In this document: piece after piece, positions 43,222-53,381 of the stretch
Layout: the number at the start of each line of letters is the position of its first letter
How positions within the stretch are numbered: the first letter of the stretch is position 1
Assembly (NCBI GenBank): GCA_021782315.1
Contig: JAJXVG010000001.1
Coordinates: 26 to 64,025 of the forward strand
Reading direction: 5' to 3'
Length of the DNA: 64,000 nt
Origin: Pseudomonadota bacterium
Lineage (GTDB): Bacteria; Pseudomonadota; Gammaproteobacteria; Burkholderiales; Rhodocyclaceae
Notes under the pieces: model-generated
Database searches by the model: none
What the model saw: the letters and a program-made list of their open reading frames with translations, nothing else
Told to the model about the DNA's origin: nothing
Made by a program: the position numbers and the translations under genes

Positions 43222-43511
43222 TGTGTCTGTCGATTCCGAAACGCATTGTCGAATGGGAAGTGGCGAGCGAAAATGCCGGGGATTTTGCCTGGGTCGAACG
43301 CGACGGCCAGCGCGAACGCATCAACATGATGCTGATCGGCCACCAGCCGCTCGGCACCTGGGTGCTCACTTCGCTGGGGCTGGCGCGTGAAGTGATCGAG
43401 AACGACCAGCTTGCGCTGATCGAAGACGCACTGTCGGCGCTAGCGGCCTCGCTGGAGGGCCATTTCGACCCCGACCGGCATTTTCAGGATTTGAATCGCC
43501 CGCATGACTGA
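43221..43511 (+). CDS. HypC/HupF-family chaperone in hyb operon
   Basis: MCLSIP; WVLTSLGLAREVI and HFQDL tail resemble HupF/HoxL. Confidence 0.82.
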   Translation: MCLSIPKRIVEWEVASENAGDFAWVERDGQRERINMMLIGHQPLGTWVLTSLGLAREVIENDQLALIEDALSALAASLEGHFDPDRHFQDLNRPHD

Positions 43512-44055
43512 ACGCATCCGCACTCCCGCCCTCGCGCCGCCCCCGATCCGCCCGGCCGTGCCACGCGACGAAGATCCGACGGCTTTCCTCGAAGCCCATT
43601 ACCGACAGGTCTGGCAGACCCGCATGCACGATCTGCCCTTCGTCAACGCCGCATTATCCGTCGAGGCCGTCGGCTTTGCCTCTTGCCAGGGCGACTGGCT
43701 GGGCGTCGTCATTACGCCCTGGTTTCTCAACCTGCTGCTGATTTCCGGCGGCGGGCAACTCTGGGGCGACATTCCGGCCGGCGAGCGCCGCTATCTCAAC
43801 CTGCCCTGCGGCACCTTGCAGTTCATCGCCGACGACGATCCGGACATCGGCCCCTACCAGTATTGCCCGCTGATCGCGCCGGTCAGCGGATTGGCCGACA
43901 TGGCTCAGGCACGCCAGGCGGCGGACGATGCCCTGAAGACCATCCTCGGCCAAACTGTCAACGCGCCGCAGCCGACCGCGGCGCCGGGGACCGAAGAAAA
44001 GCCCCCCGTTTCCCGTCGTGCTTTTTTCAGGCGTCTGGCAGGCAAGCGCGATTGA
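43504..44055 (+). CDS. hybE: Hydrogenase-2 chaperone HybE
   Basis: MHDLPFVN, VITPW, similar to HoxT. Confidence 0.85.
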   Translation: MTERIRTPALAPPPIRPAVPRDEDPTAFLEAHYRQVWQTRMHDLPFVNAALSVEAVGFASCQGDWLGVVITPWFLNLLLISGGGQLWGDIPAGERRYLNLPCGTLQFIADDDPDIGPYQYCPLIAPVSGLADMAQARQAADDALKTILGQTVNAPQPTAAPGTEEKPPVSRRAFFRRLAGKRD

Positions 44056-44106
44056 CTACCGACAGGTAGTATCGGCCCTAAACAAGAATGATGAGGAGCA
44101 AAACGG

Positions 44107-44355
44107 ATGTGTCTGGCTATTCCTGCGCAAATCGTTGAACTGCGCGAAGGCGACAACGCGCTGGTCGACCTGGCCGGCGTCAAGAAGGAAATCTCGCTGG
44201 CGCTGATCGAGGGGGCGGCGGTCGGCGATTACGTCATCGTCCATGTCGGCTATGCGCTGAACAAACTGGATCCCGAAGAGGCCGAGAAAACCCTGAAGCT
44301 ATTTGCCGAAATGGGTGAGTTGGCCTTGGGCGACGAGCACCCGACGCTGCACTGA
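44107..44355 (+). CDS. hypC: HypC
   Basis: MCLAIP, VGDYVIVHVGYA. Confidence 0.95.
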   Translation: MCLAIPAQIVELREGDNALVDLAGVKKEISLALIEGAAVGDYVIVHVGYALNKLDPEEAEKTLKLFAEMGELALGDEHPTLH

Positions 44356-45479
44356 TGAAATACATCGACGAATTCCGCGACGGCGAGGTCGCCAGGGGGC
44401 TGGCCGAGGCCATCCGCGGCGAGGCGAATCCGGCACGCGACTACCATTTCATGGAATTCTGCGGCGGCCACACCCACGCCATTTCACGTTACGGCGTGGC
44501 CGACCTGTTGCCGGCCAATGTCAGGATGATCCACGGTCCCGGCTGCCCGGTCTGCGTGCTGCCCATCGGCCGCGTCGACCAGGCTATCCGCCTGGCGCTG
44601 GAAGAGGGTGTCACCCTGTGCACCTACGGCGACTGCCTGCGCGTGCCGGCCTCCGACGGCCTGTCGCTGATCAAGGCAAAGGCCCGAGGCGGCGACATCC
44701 GCATGGTTTATTCGAGCGCCGATGCGGTAGCCTTGGCCGAAAGGAATCCGGACAGGCAGGTCGTCTTCTTCGCCATCGGCTTCGAAACGACGACGCCGCC
44801 AACCGCAGTGGCGATCAGGCAGGCCGCCGCGCTCGGCCTGAAAAACTTCTCCGTTCTCTGCTGTCACGTGCTGACACCGTCCGCCATTTCGAGCATCCTC
44901 GAATCGCCGGAAGTCCGCCGTTGGGGCACCGTGCCGCTCGACGGCTTCATCGGTCCGGCCCACGTTTCGACCATTATCGGCAGCCGGCCCTACGAATTCT
45001 TCGCCGAGGAATACCGCAAGCCGGTGGTTATCGCCGGCTTCGAGCCGCTCGACGTCATGCTGGCGATCAGGATGCTGATCCGCCAGGTCAACGAAGGCCG
45101 CGCCGTGGTCGAGAACGAATTCTCGCGTGCCGTCGACCGCGACGGCAACCTGAAGGCGCAGCAACTGGTGGCCGAGGTTTTCGAAATGCGGAAGAATTTC
45201 GAATGGCGCGGCCTGAACATTCTGCCTTACTCGGCCCTGCGCATTCGCAGCCAGTTCGCCGAATTTGACGCCGAAAAACGCTTTCCGCTCGACTATCGCT
45301 CGGTTCCCGACCATAAAGCCTGCGAGTGCGGCGCCATCCTGCGCGGCGTCAAACGCCCGCAGGACTGCAAGATTTTCGGCACGGTGTGCACACCGGAAAA
45401 TCCCGTCGGTTCCTGCATGGTGTCCTCGGAAGGCGCCTGCGCGGCTCATTACACCTACGGACGGTACAAGGATGTCTGA
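44355..45479 (+). CDS. hypD: HypD
   Basis: CGGHTH, GPGCPVC, GFETT, CMVSSEGAC. Confidence 0.96.
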   Translation: MKYIDEFRDGEVARGLAEAIRGEANPARDYHFMEFCGGHTHAISRYGVADLLPANVRMIHGPGCPVCVLPIGRVDQAIRLALEEGVTLCTYGDCLRVPASDGLSLIKAKARGGDIRMVYSSADAVALAERNPDRQVVFFAIGFETTTPPTAVAIRQAAALGLKNFSVLCCHVLTPSAISSILESPEVRRWGTVPLDGFIGPAHVSTIIGSRPYEFFAEEYRKPVVIAGFEPLDVMLAIRMLIRQVNEGRAVVENEFSRAVDRDGNLKAQQLVAEVFEMRKNFEWRGLNILPYSALRIRSQFAEFDAEKRFPLDYRSVPDHKACECGAILRGVKRPQDCKIFGTVCTPENPVGSCMVSSEGACAAHYTYGRYKDV

Positions 45480-46524
45480 AACCAGGAAAAATTACGCTCG
45501 GCCGCTCGACCTCAGGCACGGCCGCATCGACATGGCGCACGGCGCCGGTGGCCGGGCGATGGCGCAGTTGATCGAGGAGTTGTTCGCCAAGCACCTGGGC
45601 AACGACTACCTGGCGCAGGGCGACGACGGCGCCTTGCTGCCGGCGACCGGCGACGGGCGGCTGGTCATGGCGACGGACTCGCACGTCGTCTCGCCGCTGT
45701 TCTTCCCCGGCGGCGACATCGGTTGCCTGTCGGTACACGGCACGATCAACGACGTGGCCGTGATGGGAGCCACGCCCCTCTATCTTTCGGCCGCCTTCAT
45801 CGTCGAAGAGGGTTTCAAAATCTCCGATCTGGTGCTCATCGTGCAAAGCATGGCCACTGCGGCGAAGGCCGCCGGCGTGCCGATCGTCACCGGCGACACC
45901 AAGGTGGTCGAGCGTGGCAAGGGCGATGGCGTCTTCATAACGACGACCGGCGTCGGCGTCGTCGCACCGGGGCAGGCATGGTCGGGCCGCCATGCCCGGC
46001 CGGGCGATGTCATTCTGGTCTCCGGAACGCTGGGTGACCACGGCATGGCGATCATGGCGGTCCGCGAAAGCCTCGGTTTCGAATCGCCCATCGTTTCCGA
46101 TACGGCTGCTCTGCATGGCCTGATCGCGGCGATGCGCTCCAGCGGCGCCGACATCCATGTCCTGCGCGACCCGACACGCGGCGGGCTGGCCACCACCCTG
46201 AACGAAATCGCCCGGCAATCGGCTGTCGGCATGATGCTGCAGGAAAAAGCCTTGCCGGTGAAACCGGCAGTCAACGCGGCTTGTGAGTTCCTTGGACTGG
46301 ACCCCCTTTATGTCGCCAACGAAGGCAAGCTGGTGGCGATTTGCGCCGAAAGGGACGCCGAAAAACTATTGGCGGCAATGCGAGCCCATCCGCAAGGCGC
46401 GGATGCGGCCATCGTCGGAAGCGTACACGAGGACGAGCATCATTTTGTCCAGATGACGACCGGTTTCGGCGGCAGGCGCATCGTCGACTGGCTGAGCGGT
46501 GAACAGTTGCCGCGGATATGCTGA
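45472..46524 (+). CDS. hypE: HypE
   Basis: HGAGG, TGDTKV, DPTRGG, terminal PRIC. Confidence 0.96.
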   Translation: MSETRKNYARPLDLRHGRIDMAHGAGGRAMAQLIEELFAKHLGNDYLAQGDDGALLPATGDGRLVMATDSHVVSPLFFPGGDIGCLSVHGTINDVAVMGATPLYLSAAFIVEEGFKISDLVLIVQSMATAAKAAGVPIVTGDTKVVERGKGDGVFITTTGVGVVAPGQAWSGRHARPGDVILVSGTLGDHGMAIMAVRESLGFESPIVSDTAALHGLIAAMRSSGADIHVLRDPTRGGLATTLNEIARQSAVGMMLQEKALPVKPAVNAACEFLGLDPLYVANEGKLVAICAERDAEKLLAAMRAHPQGADAAIVGSVHEDEHHFVQMTTGFGGRRIVDWLSGEQLPRIC

Positions 46525-46528
46525 GTGA

Positions 46529-46735
46529 TCAATGGCGCAGGGCGATCATCACCGACTGCACGTCACCGACTTCGGAAATCACCAGTTGGCGGGCATCGGC
46601 CAGGTTGTCGGCGTTGCGAACGTAGAAGAGGTCGTGACGACCGTCAGGATAGCGGATGGCGGCGACATACTCCGGACGAGGTGCGCGATGACCCGGGGCA
46701 TGGCGCGGCTTGCTTGGCTTTCGTTGTGTTTGCAT
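46529..46735 (-). CDS. Small hypothetical protein (68 aa)
   Basis: Fills intergenic gap, natural composition, AT-richer upstream region. Confidence 0.6.
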   Translation of the reverse strand: MQTQRKPSKPRHAPGHRAPRPEYVAAIRYPDGRHDLFYVRNADNLADARQLVISEVGDVQSVMIALRH

Positions 46736-46902
46736 CGTTGAGTACCACTTTAGTTATGCCAGTGGTACATCCTAACCAAAGCCAGGGTGCTGAAAAATAC
46801 GGCGAAAGTCATAGACCCATGCCGCCTGGGACTTTTCCTCCCCGAAATCCTTGGCATGACAGGGATCATTTTTTTGGCATGAATTGTAAAGATCTGTAGA
46901 TT

Positions 46903-48579
46903 ATGCGACTTTTCTTCCTCACCCACAGTTTCAACAGTCTCTCCCAGCGCCTGTATTGCGAACTGGCGACGCGTGGTCACGAGATCAGCATCGAGTTCGA
47001 CATCGCCGACCGGGTGACCGAGGAAGCCGTGGCCCTGTTCAAACCCGACCTGATCGTCGCCCCCTTCCTGAAGCGGGCCATTCCGGCCTCGGTGTGGAAG
47101 CGGTATCGCTGCCTGATCGTCCATCCGGGCATGGTCGGCGACCGCGGCCCGTCGGCGCTGGACTGGACGATCCAGAACGGTGTCCGGGAATGGGGGGTGA
47201 CCGTGCTGCAGGCCGAGGAGGAGATGGATGCCGGGCCGGTCTGGGCGGCGGCGACCTTTCCGATGCGCGCCGCCAAGAAATCGTCGATCTATCGCAACGA
47301 AGTCACCGAAGCGGCCGTCCAGGCGGTGATTGCCGCGGTCGACCGGATCGGCCGCGGCGAGATCGGCGCCGAGCGTGTGGCGGGGCAGGCCCATGCCGTC
47401 ATCAAGCAGGCCGACCGGGCTATAGACTGGTCGGTCGAAAGCAGCGCCGGGGCGATAGCCAGACTGAATGCTGCCGACGGATTCCCCGGCGTCGCCGACG
47501 AACTGTTCGGCCAGCCCTGCCATCTATTCGACGCCTGGCCGGAAGCCGTCCTCAAGGGCCGGCCGGGCAGCCTCCTCGGGCGGCGCGAGACGGCCATCTG
47601 TCGGGCAACGGCCGACGGCGCCGTGTGGATCGGCCACATCCGGCGCTCCGGCGGCATCAAGCTGCCGACAACCCAGGCCTTTCCCGAAGCCGCGAAATTG
47701 CCGGAACTGCCGCTGAACGGCTACTGGAAGGCGGCCGACGCCACCTGGCAGGATATCGCCTACGAAGAGGCGGCCGGGGTCGGTTTTCTCAGTTTCGAGT
47801 TCTACAACGGCGCGATGAGCACGGGACAGTGCCGCCGCCTGACCGAAGCCTTCCGCTGGGCAAGTGCCCGGCCGACCCGGGTGATCGTGCTGCGCGGCGG
47901 CAGTGATTTCTGGTCGAACGGCATACACCTGAACAGCATCGAGGCGGCCGACAGCCCGGCCGACGAATCATGGGCGAATATCAACGCCATCGACGATCTG
48001 GCGCAAGCAATCCTGTGCTGCACGGGGCAGTTGACGGTGGCCGCCGTCGGCGGCAATGCCGGCGCCGGCGGCTGCTTCCTGGCGCGAGCTGCCGATTTCG
48101 TCTGGGTCCGGGACGGAGCGGTGCTCAACCCGCATTACAAGAACATGGGCAATCTCTTCGGCTCCGAATTCTGGACCTACCTGTTGCCACCGCGCGTCGG
48201 CGAGGACGGTGCCCGGGCCATCATGCGCCACCGCTTGCCGATGACGGCTGCGGAGGCGGTCGGGCTGGGTTTCTACGACGCCTGCCTGCCGGGCCCAGGC
48301 TTCCATGTCGATGTCGCCCGCCGGGCCGGTGAACTCGCCCTCGTCGCTGACTTCGGGGAAAGGCTTGCCGCCAAGCTGACCCGGCGCCAGGCCGATGAGG
48401 CGGCGCGACCCCTGGCTGCCTATCGCGCCGCGGAATTGAAGGAAATGCGTCGCAATTTCTACGGTTTCGACCCCTCCTACCACGTCGCGCGCTATCATTT
48501 CGTTTCGCGCTCGGCGCATTCGTGGACGCCGCGCCATCTTGCCCGTCACCGCGATCTCGACTGGAAAGTGCCGGAATGA
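46903..48579 (+). CDS. hoxX: HoxX/HypX (formyltransferase + enoyl-CoA hydratase-like; aerobic CO ligand synthesis)
   Basis: FNSLSQRL, HPG..GDRGPSALDW, MDAGPVW, FYNGAMST, NPHYKNMG. Confidence 0.92.
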   Translation: MRLFFLTHSFNSLSQRLYCELATRGHEISIEFDIADRVTEEAVALFKPDLIVAPFLKRAIPASVWKRYRCLIVHPGMVGDRGPSALDWTIQNGVREWGVTVLQAEEEMDAGPVWAAATFPMRAAKKSSIYRNEVTEAAVQAVIAAVDRIGRGEIGAERVAGQAHAVIKQADRAIDWSVESSAGAIARLNAADGFPGVADELFGQPCHLFDAWPEAVLKGRPGSLLGRRETAICRATADGAVWIGHIRRSGGIKLPTTQAFPEAAKLPELPLNGYWKAADATWQDIAYEEAAGVGFLSFEFYNGAMSTGQCRRLTEAFRWASARPTRVIVLRGGSDFWSNGIHLNSIEAADSPADESWANINAIDDLAQAILCCTGQLTVAAVGGNAGAGGCFLARAADFVWVRDGAVLNPHYKNMGNLFGSEFWTYLLPPRVGEDGARAIMRHRLPMTAAEAVGLGFYDACLPGPGFHVDVARRAGELALVADFGERLAAKLTRRQADEAARPLAAYRAAELKEMRRNFYGFDPSYHVARYHFVSRSAHSWTPRHLARHRDLDWKVPE

Positions 48580-50051
48580 CTCCAACCAGCCTGCGAAAAC
48601 TGCCTGCCATCCTCGTCATCGACGACGAGGTGCGTTCGCTGGAGGCGCTGCGCCGCACGCTGGAAGAGGATTTCGACGTACTGTGCGCGTCCGGCGCCGA
48701 CGAAGGCATGGAAATACTCAACCGGGAGCAGGCGACCGCCGCCATCCGCATCGTGCTCTGTGACCAGCGCATGCCGGGAACGACCGGGGTCCGCTTCCTG
48801 AAGGAAGTCCGCGACCGCTGGCCGGACATCGTGCGCATCATCCTCTCCGGCTATACCGATGCCGAAGACATCATCACCGGCGTCAACGAAGCCGGCATCT
48901 GGCAATACCTGCTCAAGCCCTGGCAGCCCGAACAACTGTTGCTGACCCTGCAGCGCGCCGCCGAAGTCTGGCGCCTGCAGCAGGAAAACCAGCGGCTGTC
49001 CCTCGACTTGCGCACGGCCGAACCGGTCCTCAAGCGGCATGTCGAGGTCAAGCAGGAAAGGGCCAAGAGCAGCTTCGGTCTGGCCGGCTTCGCGCGCGCA
49101 GCGAACAGCCCGATCAATGCGGTTTGCGACATGATCGGACGCATTGCGCCCTACGACCTTTCGGTGATGGTCACCGGCGAATCGGGCACCGGCAAGGAAA
49201 TGGTCGCCCGCGCCATCCACTACGAAAGCCGCCGCGCGAGCAAGGCATTTATCACCGAAAACTGCGGCGCCCTGCCCGATACCCTGCTCGAATCGGAACT
49301 CTTCGGCTACAAGCGCGGGGCGTTCACCGGTGCGGTCGAGGACCGCGTCGGCCTCTTTCAGCAGGCCGATGGCGGCACGCTGTTTCTCGACGAAATCGGC
49401 GAAACCAGCCCGGCCTTCCAGGTCAAACTGCTGCGCGTTCTGCAGGAGGGCGAATTCCGCCCGCTCGGCAGCCACCGGCCGGTCACCGTCGACATCCGGG
49501 TGATTGCCGCCACCAACCGCGACCTGGAAAACGACGTGCGCATCGGCCGGTTCCGCGAAGACCTGTACTACCGACTGGCGACCATCTCCCTGCACGTGCC
49601 GCCTTTGCGCGAGCGCCCCATGGACCTGCCACTGCTGGCTCAACGCCTGCTCGACAGCAGTTGTCGTTCGCTCGGCAAATCGGTGGCCGGTTTTTCCCCG
49701 GCCGTGCTCGCCGGCATCGCCGCCTATCGCTGGCCCGGCAACGTCCGCGAATTGCAGAACGAAATCCTGCGCATGGTGGCGCTAAGCAACACCGGGCTGC
49801 TCGGTCCCGAACTGCTGTCGCCGCGCATGTTGCGGACACAGGTCGGCGAGACGCCAAGTGGCGAAATGGCGTGGGCCGCCGACCTGAGCGGCGGACTCAA
49901 GGAGCGCATGGACCAGTTGGAGATGCGGGTTCTCAAGGAAGCGATGGCACGCCACCGCTGGAACAAGTCGCGAGCTGCCCGCGAACTCGGCCTGTCGCGT
50001 GTCGGCCTGCGCGCCAAGCTGGTCCGTCACGGGTTGGAGCAGGCCGAATGA
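48576..50051 (+). CDS. hoxA: NtrC-family sigma-54 activator HoxA/HupR
   Basis: REC (CDQRMP), [34 protein letters not shown]. Confidence 0.92.
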   Translation: MTPTSLRKLPAILVIDDEVRSLEALRRTLEEDFDVLCASGADEGMEILNREQATAAIRIVLCDQRMPGTTGVRFLKEVRDRWPDIVRIILSGYTDAEDIITGVNEAGIWQYLLKPWQPEQLLLTLQRAAEVWRLQQENQRLSLDLRTAEPVLKRHVEVKQERAKSSFGLAGFARAANSPINAVCDMIGRIAPYDLSVMVTGESGTGKEMVARAIHYESRRASKAFITENCGALPDTLLESELFGYKRGAFTGAVEDRVGLFQQADGGTLFLDEIGETSPAFQVKLLRVLQEGEFRPLGSHRPVTVDIRVIAATNRDLENDVRIGRFREDLYYRLATISLHVPPLRERPMDLPLLAQRLLDSSCRSLGKSVAGFSPAVLAGIAAYRWPGNVRELQNEILRMVALSNTGLLGPELLSPRMLRTQVGETPSGEMAWAADLSGGLKERMDQLEMRVLKEAMARHRWNKSRAARELGLSRVGLRAKLVRHGLEQAE

Positions 50052-51049
50052 AGGTGCTCTGGTTGCAGAGCGGCGGCTGCGGCGGCTGCACGCAGTCCAT
50101 GCTGTGTGCCGAACCGCGTCCGTTGTTCGAGGAGTTGGCCGATGCCGGCATCGAGTTTTTCTGGCATCCCGCCCTCTCGCTCGCCAGCGGCGACGAGGCA
50201 CTGGCCATGCTCGAGGACTGCGCCGAGGGCCGGCTCGCCTTCGATGCGCTATGCATCGAAGGCGCCATGCTGCGCGGCCCGAACGGCAGCGGCCGGTTTC
50301 ACCTGATGGCCGGCAGCGGGCGCCCGCTGACCGAATGGGTCAAACGCCTGGCGCGGCATGCGCGATGGGTTTTCGCCATCGGCTCATGCACCGCTTACGG
50401 CGGCTTTTCGGCCAATACGCCTGGCAATCCGCTCGAGGCCTGCGGCCTGCAATACGACGAGGAAACACCGGGCGGCCTGCTCGGCGCGAACTTCCGCTCG
50501 GCGGCCGGACTGCCGGTGATCAATATCGCCGGTTGCCCGACCCACCCCGGCTGGGTGGTCGACACCCTGGAAAAAGCGGCCCTGGAAGGATTGGCCCCGA
50601 CCGACCTCGACGAAGTCGGCCGCCCCCTGCTTTACGCCGGCGGCCTCGTCCATCACGGCTGTGCCCGCAACGAATTCTACGAATTCAAGGCGAGCGCCGA
50701 AAAGCAGTCCGATCTCGGCTGCCTGATGGAAAATCTCGGTTGCAAGGGCACCCAGGCCCATGCCGACTGCAATCTGCGGCCGTGGAACGGCAGCGGCTCC
50801 TGCCTGCGTGGCGGCTTTGCCTGCATCGCCTGTACCGAGCCGGGTTTCGAGTCGCCCGGCCACGCCTTTCAGCAAACGCCCAAGCTGGCCGGCATACCGA
50901 TCGGTCTGCCGACCGACATGCCGAAGGCCTGGTTCGTCGCGCTGGCCGCCCTGTCGAAATCGGCGACGCCGAAGCGGGTGCGCAACAATGCGGTGGCCGA
51001 TCACCCGGTGGTCTTGCCGGTCATCCGGAAAAAAACGGGCGGCAAATGA
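50048..51049 (+). CDS. hoxB: H2-sensing hydrogenase small subunit HoxB/HupU
   Basis: WLQSGGCGGC, no Tat leader, GLPTDMPKAWF. Confidence 0.92.
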   Translation: MKVLWLQSGGCGGCTQSMLCAEPRPLFEELADAGIEFFWHPALSLASGDEALAMLEDCAEGRLAFDALCIEGAMLRGPNGSGRFHLMAGSGRPLTEWVKRLARHARWVFAIGSCTAYGGFSANTPGNPLEACGLQYDEETPGGLLGANFRSAAGLPVINIAGCPTHPGWVVDTLEKAALEGLAPTDLDEVGRPLLYAGGLVHHGCARNEFYEFKASAEKQSDLGCLMENLGCKGTQAHADCNLRPWNGSGSCLRGGFACIACTEPGFESPGHAFQQTPKLAGIPIGLPTDMPKAWFVALAALSKSATPKRVRNNAVADHPVVLPVIRKKTGGK

Positions 51050-52464
51050 CGCGCATCCTTGTCGGACCGTTCAACCGCGTCGAAGGTGACCTCGAAATCA
51101 GCCTCGATCTCGAACAGGGCAGGGTCCGGTCGGCCTACGTCAATTCGCCGCTGTTTCGCGGCTTCGAACAGATACTGGTCGGCCGCGCCCCGCTCGACGC
51201 ACTGGCCATCGTGCCGCGCATCTGCGGCATCTGCTCGGTCGCCCAGTCGGCCGCCGCCGCGTCGGCGCTGGCCGACGCCATGGGCATCGCGCCCACGGCC
51301 AACGGCATCCTGTCGCGCCATCTGATCACCGCAACGGAAAACCTGGCCGATCACCTGACCCATTTCTACCTCTTCTTCATGCCCGATTTCGCCCGCCCGG
51401 CCTACGCCGGTTACGGCTGGCACGGTGCCGTCGCCCGGCGCTTCGCCGCGATCAAGGGCGATGCGGCGGCCGAAGTCCTTCCCGCCCGGGCAGGCTTTTT
51501 TCGCTTGATGGGTTTTCTCGCCGGGCGCTGGCCGCACAGCCTGGCCATCCAGCCCGGCGGCAGCACACGGGCGATCGGGGCCGGCGAACGTATCCGGCTG
51601 CTGGCCCTGCTGCGCGAATTCCGCAGCTTTCTGGAAAAACGCCTGTTCGGAGACAGTCTCGCCAACTTCGGCCGCTTGGCGAGCAAGGAGGAATTGCTGG
51701 CCTGGGCGGCCGGCCGGCCGGCCGATTTCCCCGCCTTCCTGCAGGCCGCCGTCGACCTCGGCCTCGACCGAGTCGGGCGAGCCGGCGACAGCTTTCTGTC
51801 CGCCGGCGCCTACGGCCTCTTTCCCGCCGGCGTCTGGCAGGACGGAACGATAAGCGACCTCGACCCGATCGCCATCGACGAGGACAGCAGCAGCGCCTGG
51901 CTGGCCGCCGGGCGGGCCCGTCACCCGGCACAAGGCGAAACCGTCGTCGATGCCGACAAGCCCGGCGCCTACACCTGGTGCAAGGCGCCGCGCTACGGCG
52001 GACAGACCTGTGAGGTCGGTGCGCTGGCCCGCCAACTGGTCGCCGCGCATCCGCTGGCGCTCGACCTGGTCCGTCGCGACGGCGCCAGCGTCATGGCCCG
52101 CGTCCTCGCCCGCATGCTGGAACTGGCCCGGGTTTTGCCGGCGATGGCGACCTGGGTCCAGGCGCTACAACCCGGCGAGCCGTTCTGCGCCCATGGCGAA
52201 ATGCCCGACGAAGGCAGCGGCACCGGCCTGGTCGAAGCGGCCCGCGGCAGCCTCGGCCATTGGCTGAGTATCAAGCGAGGCCAGATCGACCGCTATCAGA
52301 TCATTGCCCCCACAACCTGGAACTTCTCACCACGCGACGCCAACGGCCAACCCGGCCCGCTGGAACAGGCCCTGATCGGACTGCCCGCCGTCCCGGACGC
52401 CCTGCCGACCATCCAGCACGTCGTGCGCTCTTTCGATCCCTGCATGGTGTGCACGGTACATTAG
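51046..52464 (+). CDS. hoxC: H2-sensing hydrogenase large subunit HoxC/HupV
   Basis: GPFNRVEGDLE, PRICGIC, ends DPCMVCTVH with no extension. Confidence 0.93.
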   Translation: MTRILVGPFNRVEGDLEISLDLEQGRVRSAYVNSPLFRGFEQILVGRAPLDALAIVPRICGICSVAQSAAAASALADAMGIAPTANGILSRHLITATENLADHLTHFYLFFMPDFARPAYAGYGWHGAVARRFAAIKGDAAAEVLPARAGFFRLMGFLAGRWPHSLAIQPGGSTRAIGAGERIRLLALLREFRSFLEKRLFGDSLANFGRLASKEELLAWAAGRPADFPAFLQAAVDLGLDRVGRAGDSFLSAGAYGLFPAGVWQDGTISDLDPIAIDEDSSSAWLAAGRARHPAQGETVVDADKPGAYTWCKAPRYGGQTCEVGALARQLVAAHPLALDLVRRDGASVMARVLARMLELARVLPAMATWVQALQPGEPFCAHGEMPDEGSGTGLVEAARGSLGHWLSIKRGQIDRYQIIAPTTWNFSPRDANGQPGPLEQALIGLPAVPDALPTIQHVVRSFDPCMVCTVH

Positions 52465-52607
52465 CACCTCCCCAAGGCCGGCGGTTAACTGACCGTCAGA
52501 TTACTTTCCCCGCGCCCCCCTTCACACCACCGACTCACGCTCCGGGCCAGCCTCTCGCCTTATTCTCCCTGGACGTGGCTCTCGCTGCCGGTAAATCGGC
52601 CCGTCTT

Positions 52608-53152
52608 CTATCCCAGGCGCGCTATTTTGCCGTTTGCCGAATCGATATGGAGGATCAGTGCTTCGATGCATGCCATGAATGCCTGGGAAAATCCCCGCTC
52701 GCTGCGCAGCCTGTCCACATAGCGTTGTGCGATCTGGGCGGCACGTATCCACACTTGCGGCGAAATGTCGGCATGAATCCCCGCTTCGAGCAGGGCGGAG
52801 GGGATAGCGCCGCCGCTCGGTTACCGGGTTGTCTTCGGCCAGGGTGAATTTGACGATGACTTCCCTTGGGCCATCAGCTGTCTGGACGTAGGTAGTGCCT
52901 TCCGCAGAGACGCGAAAAACCTGGATTTCCCCGATGCCTCGCCTGGTATCTGGTATCTGGTATCTGGTATCTGGTATCTGGTAGGGCGTATTGAATAGAT
53001 CGGCCGTTCCCAATGCGAACGATTTCATCGCCCAGCGCATTGATCGCCCGGGAGATGGTCGGCTGGCTTAACCCAAGGCTGTCAACGAGCTGGCGGATTT
53101 TCTGCGGGCCTCGGCTTAGCTGGATTCGAATCGAATCGGCGTGTGCTGACAC
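52608..53152 (-). pseudogene. Internally deleted, frameshifted YjjJ (HipA-like kinase) remnant
   Basis: N-terminal HTH (SQPTISR..VRIG..YAL..RGIGEIQVFRV), mid segment (VIVKFT) and C-terminus (GIHA..VWIRAAQ..KIARLG*) lie in different frames within ~545 bp; similarity to E. coli YjjJ from memory. Confidence 0.7.
52943..52983. repeat. Heptamer tandem repeat (CTGGTAT)x5 + 6/7 unit
   Basis: Directly visible, perfect, 41 bp. Confidence 0.97.
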
Positions 53153-53158
53153 AGCAAT

Positions 53159-53194
53159 GAATACCTAAATGAATAGATATGCGAATACCTATTG
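53159..53194. repeat. Three imperfect 12-bp direct repeats (GAATA core) upstream of the yjjJ remnant
   Basis: gaatacctaaat / gaatagatatgc / gaatacctattg. Confidence 0.65.
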
Positions 53195-53381
53195 CAGGGT
53201 AACAGGTGCTACCCGGGTAACTGGTACCGAAGTTTGTGTATCGTGCATCAGAACCCATCCAGGCTTCGATGCCTATCGGGAACGTTTGTACCATCTGAAC
53301 GATCTGATACCCATCGGTTGCCCTCCGTCCGGTCGATCTCGATGATCGGCTTACCGCCCGCAGTTCAATTCAGGAGAAAAC

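Noticed and set aside
52943-52983. Tandem repeat as a CRISPR array
   Set aside because: 7-bp units with no spacers and no cas genes
52522-53040. 172-aa ORF as an intact gene
   Set aside because: Chimeric frame: only the middle matches the YjjJ-like remnant; the ends are out of frame
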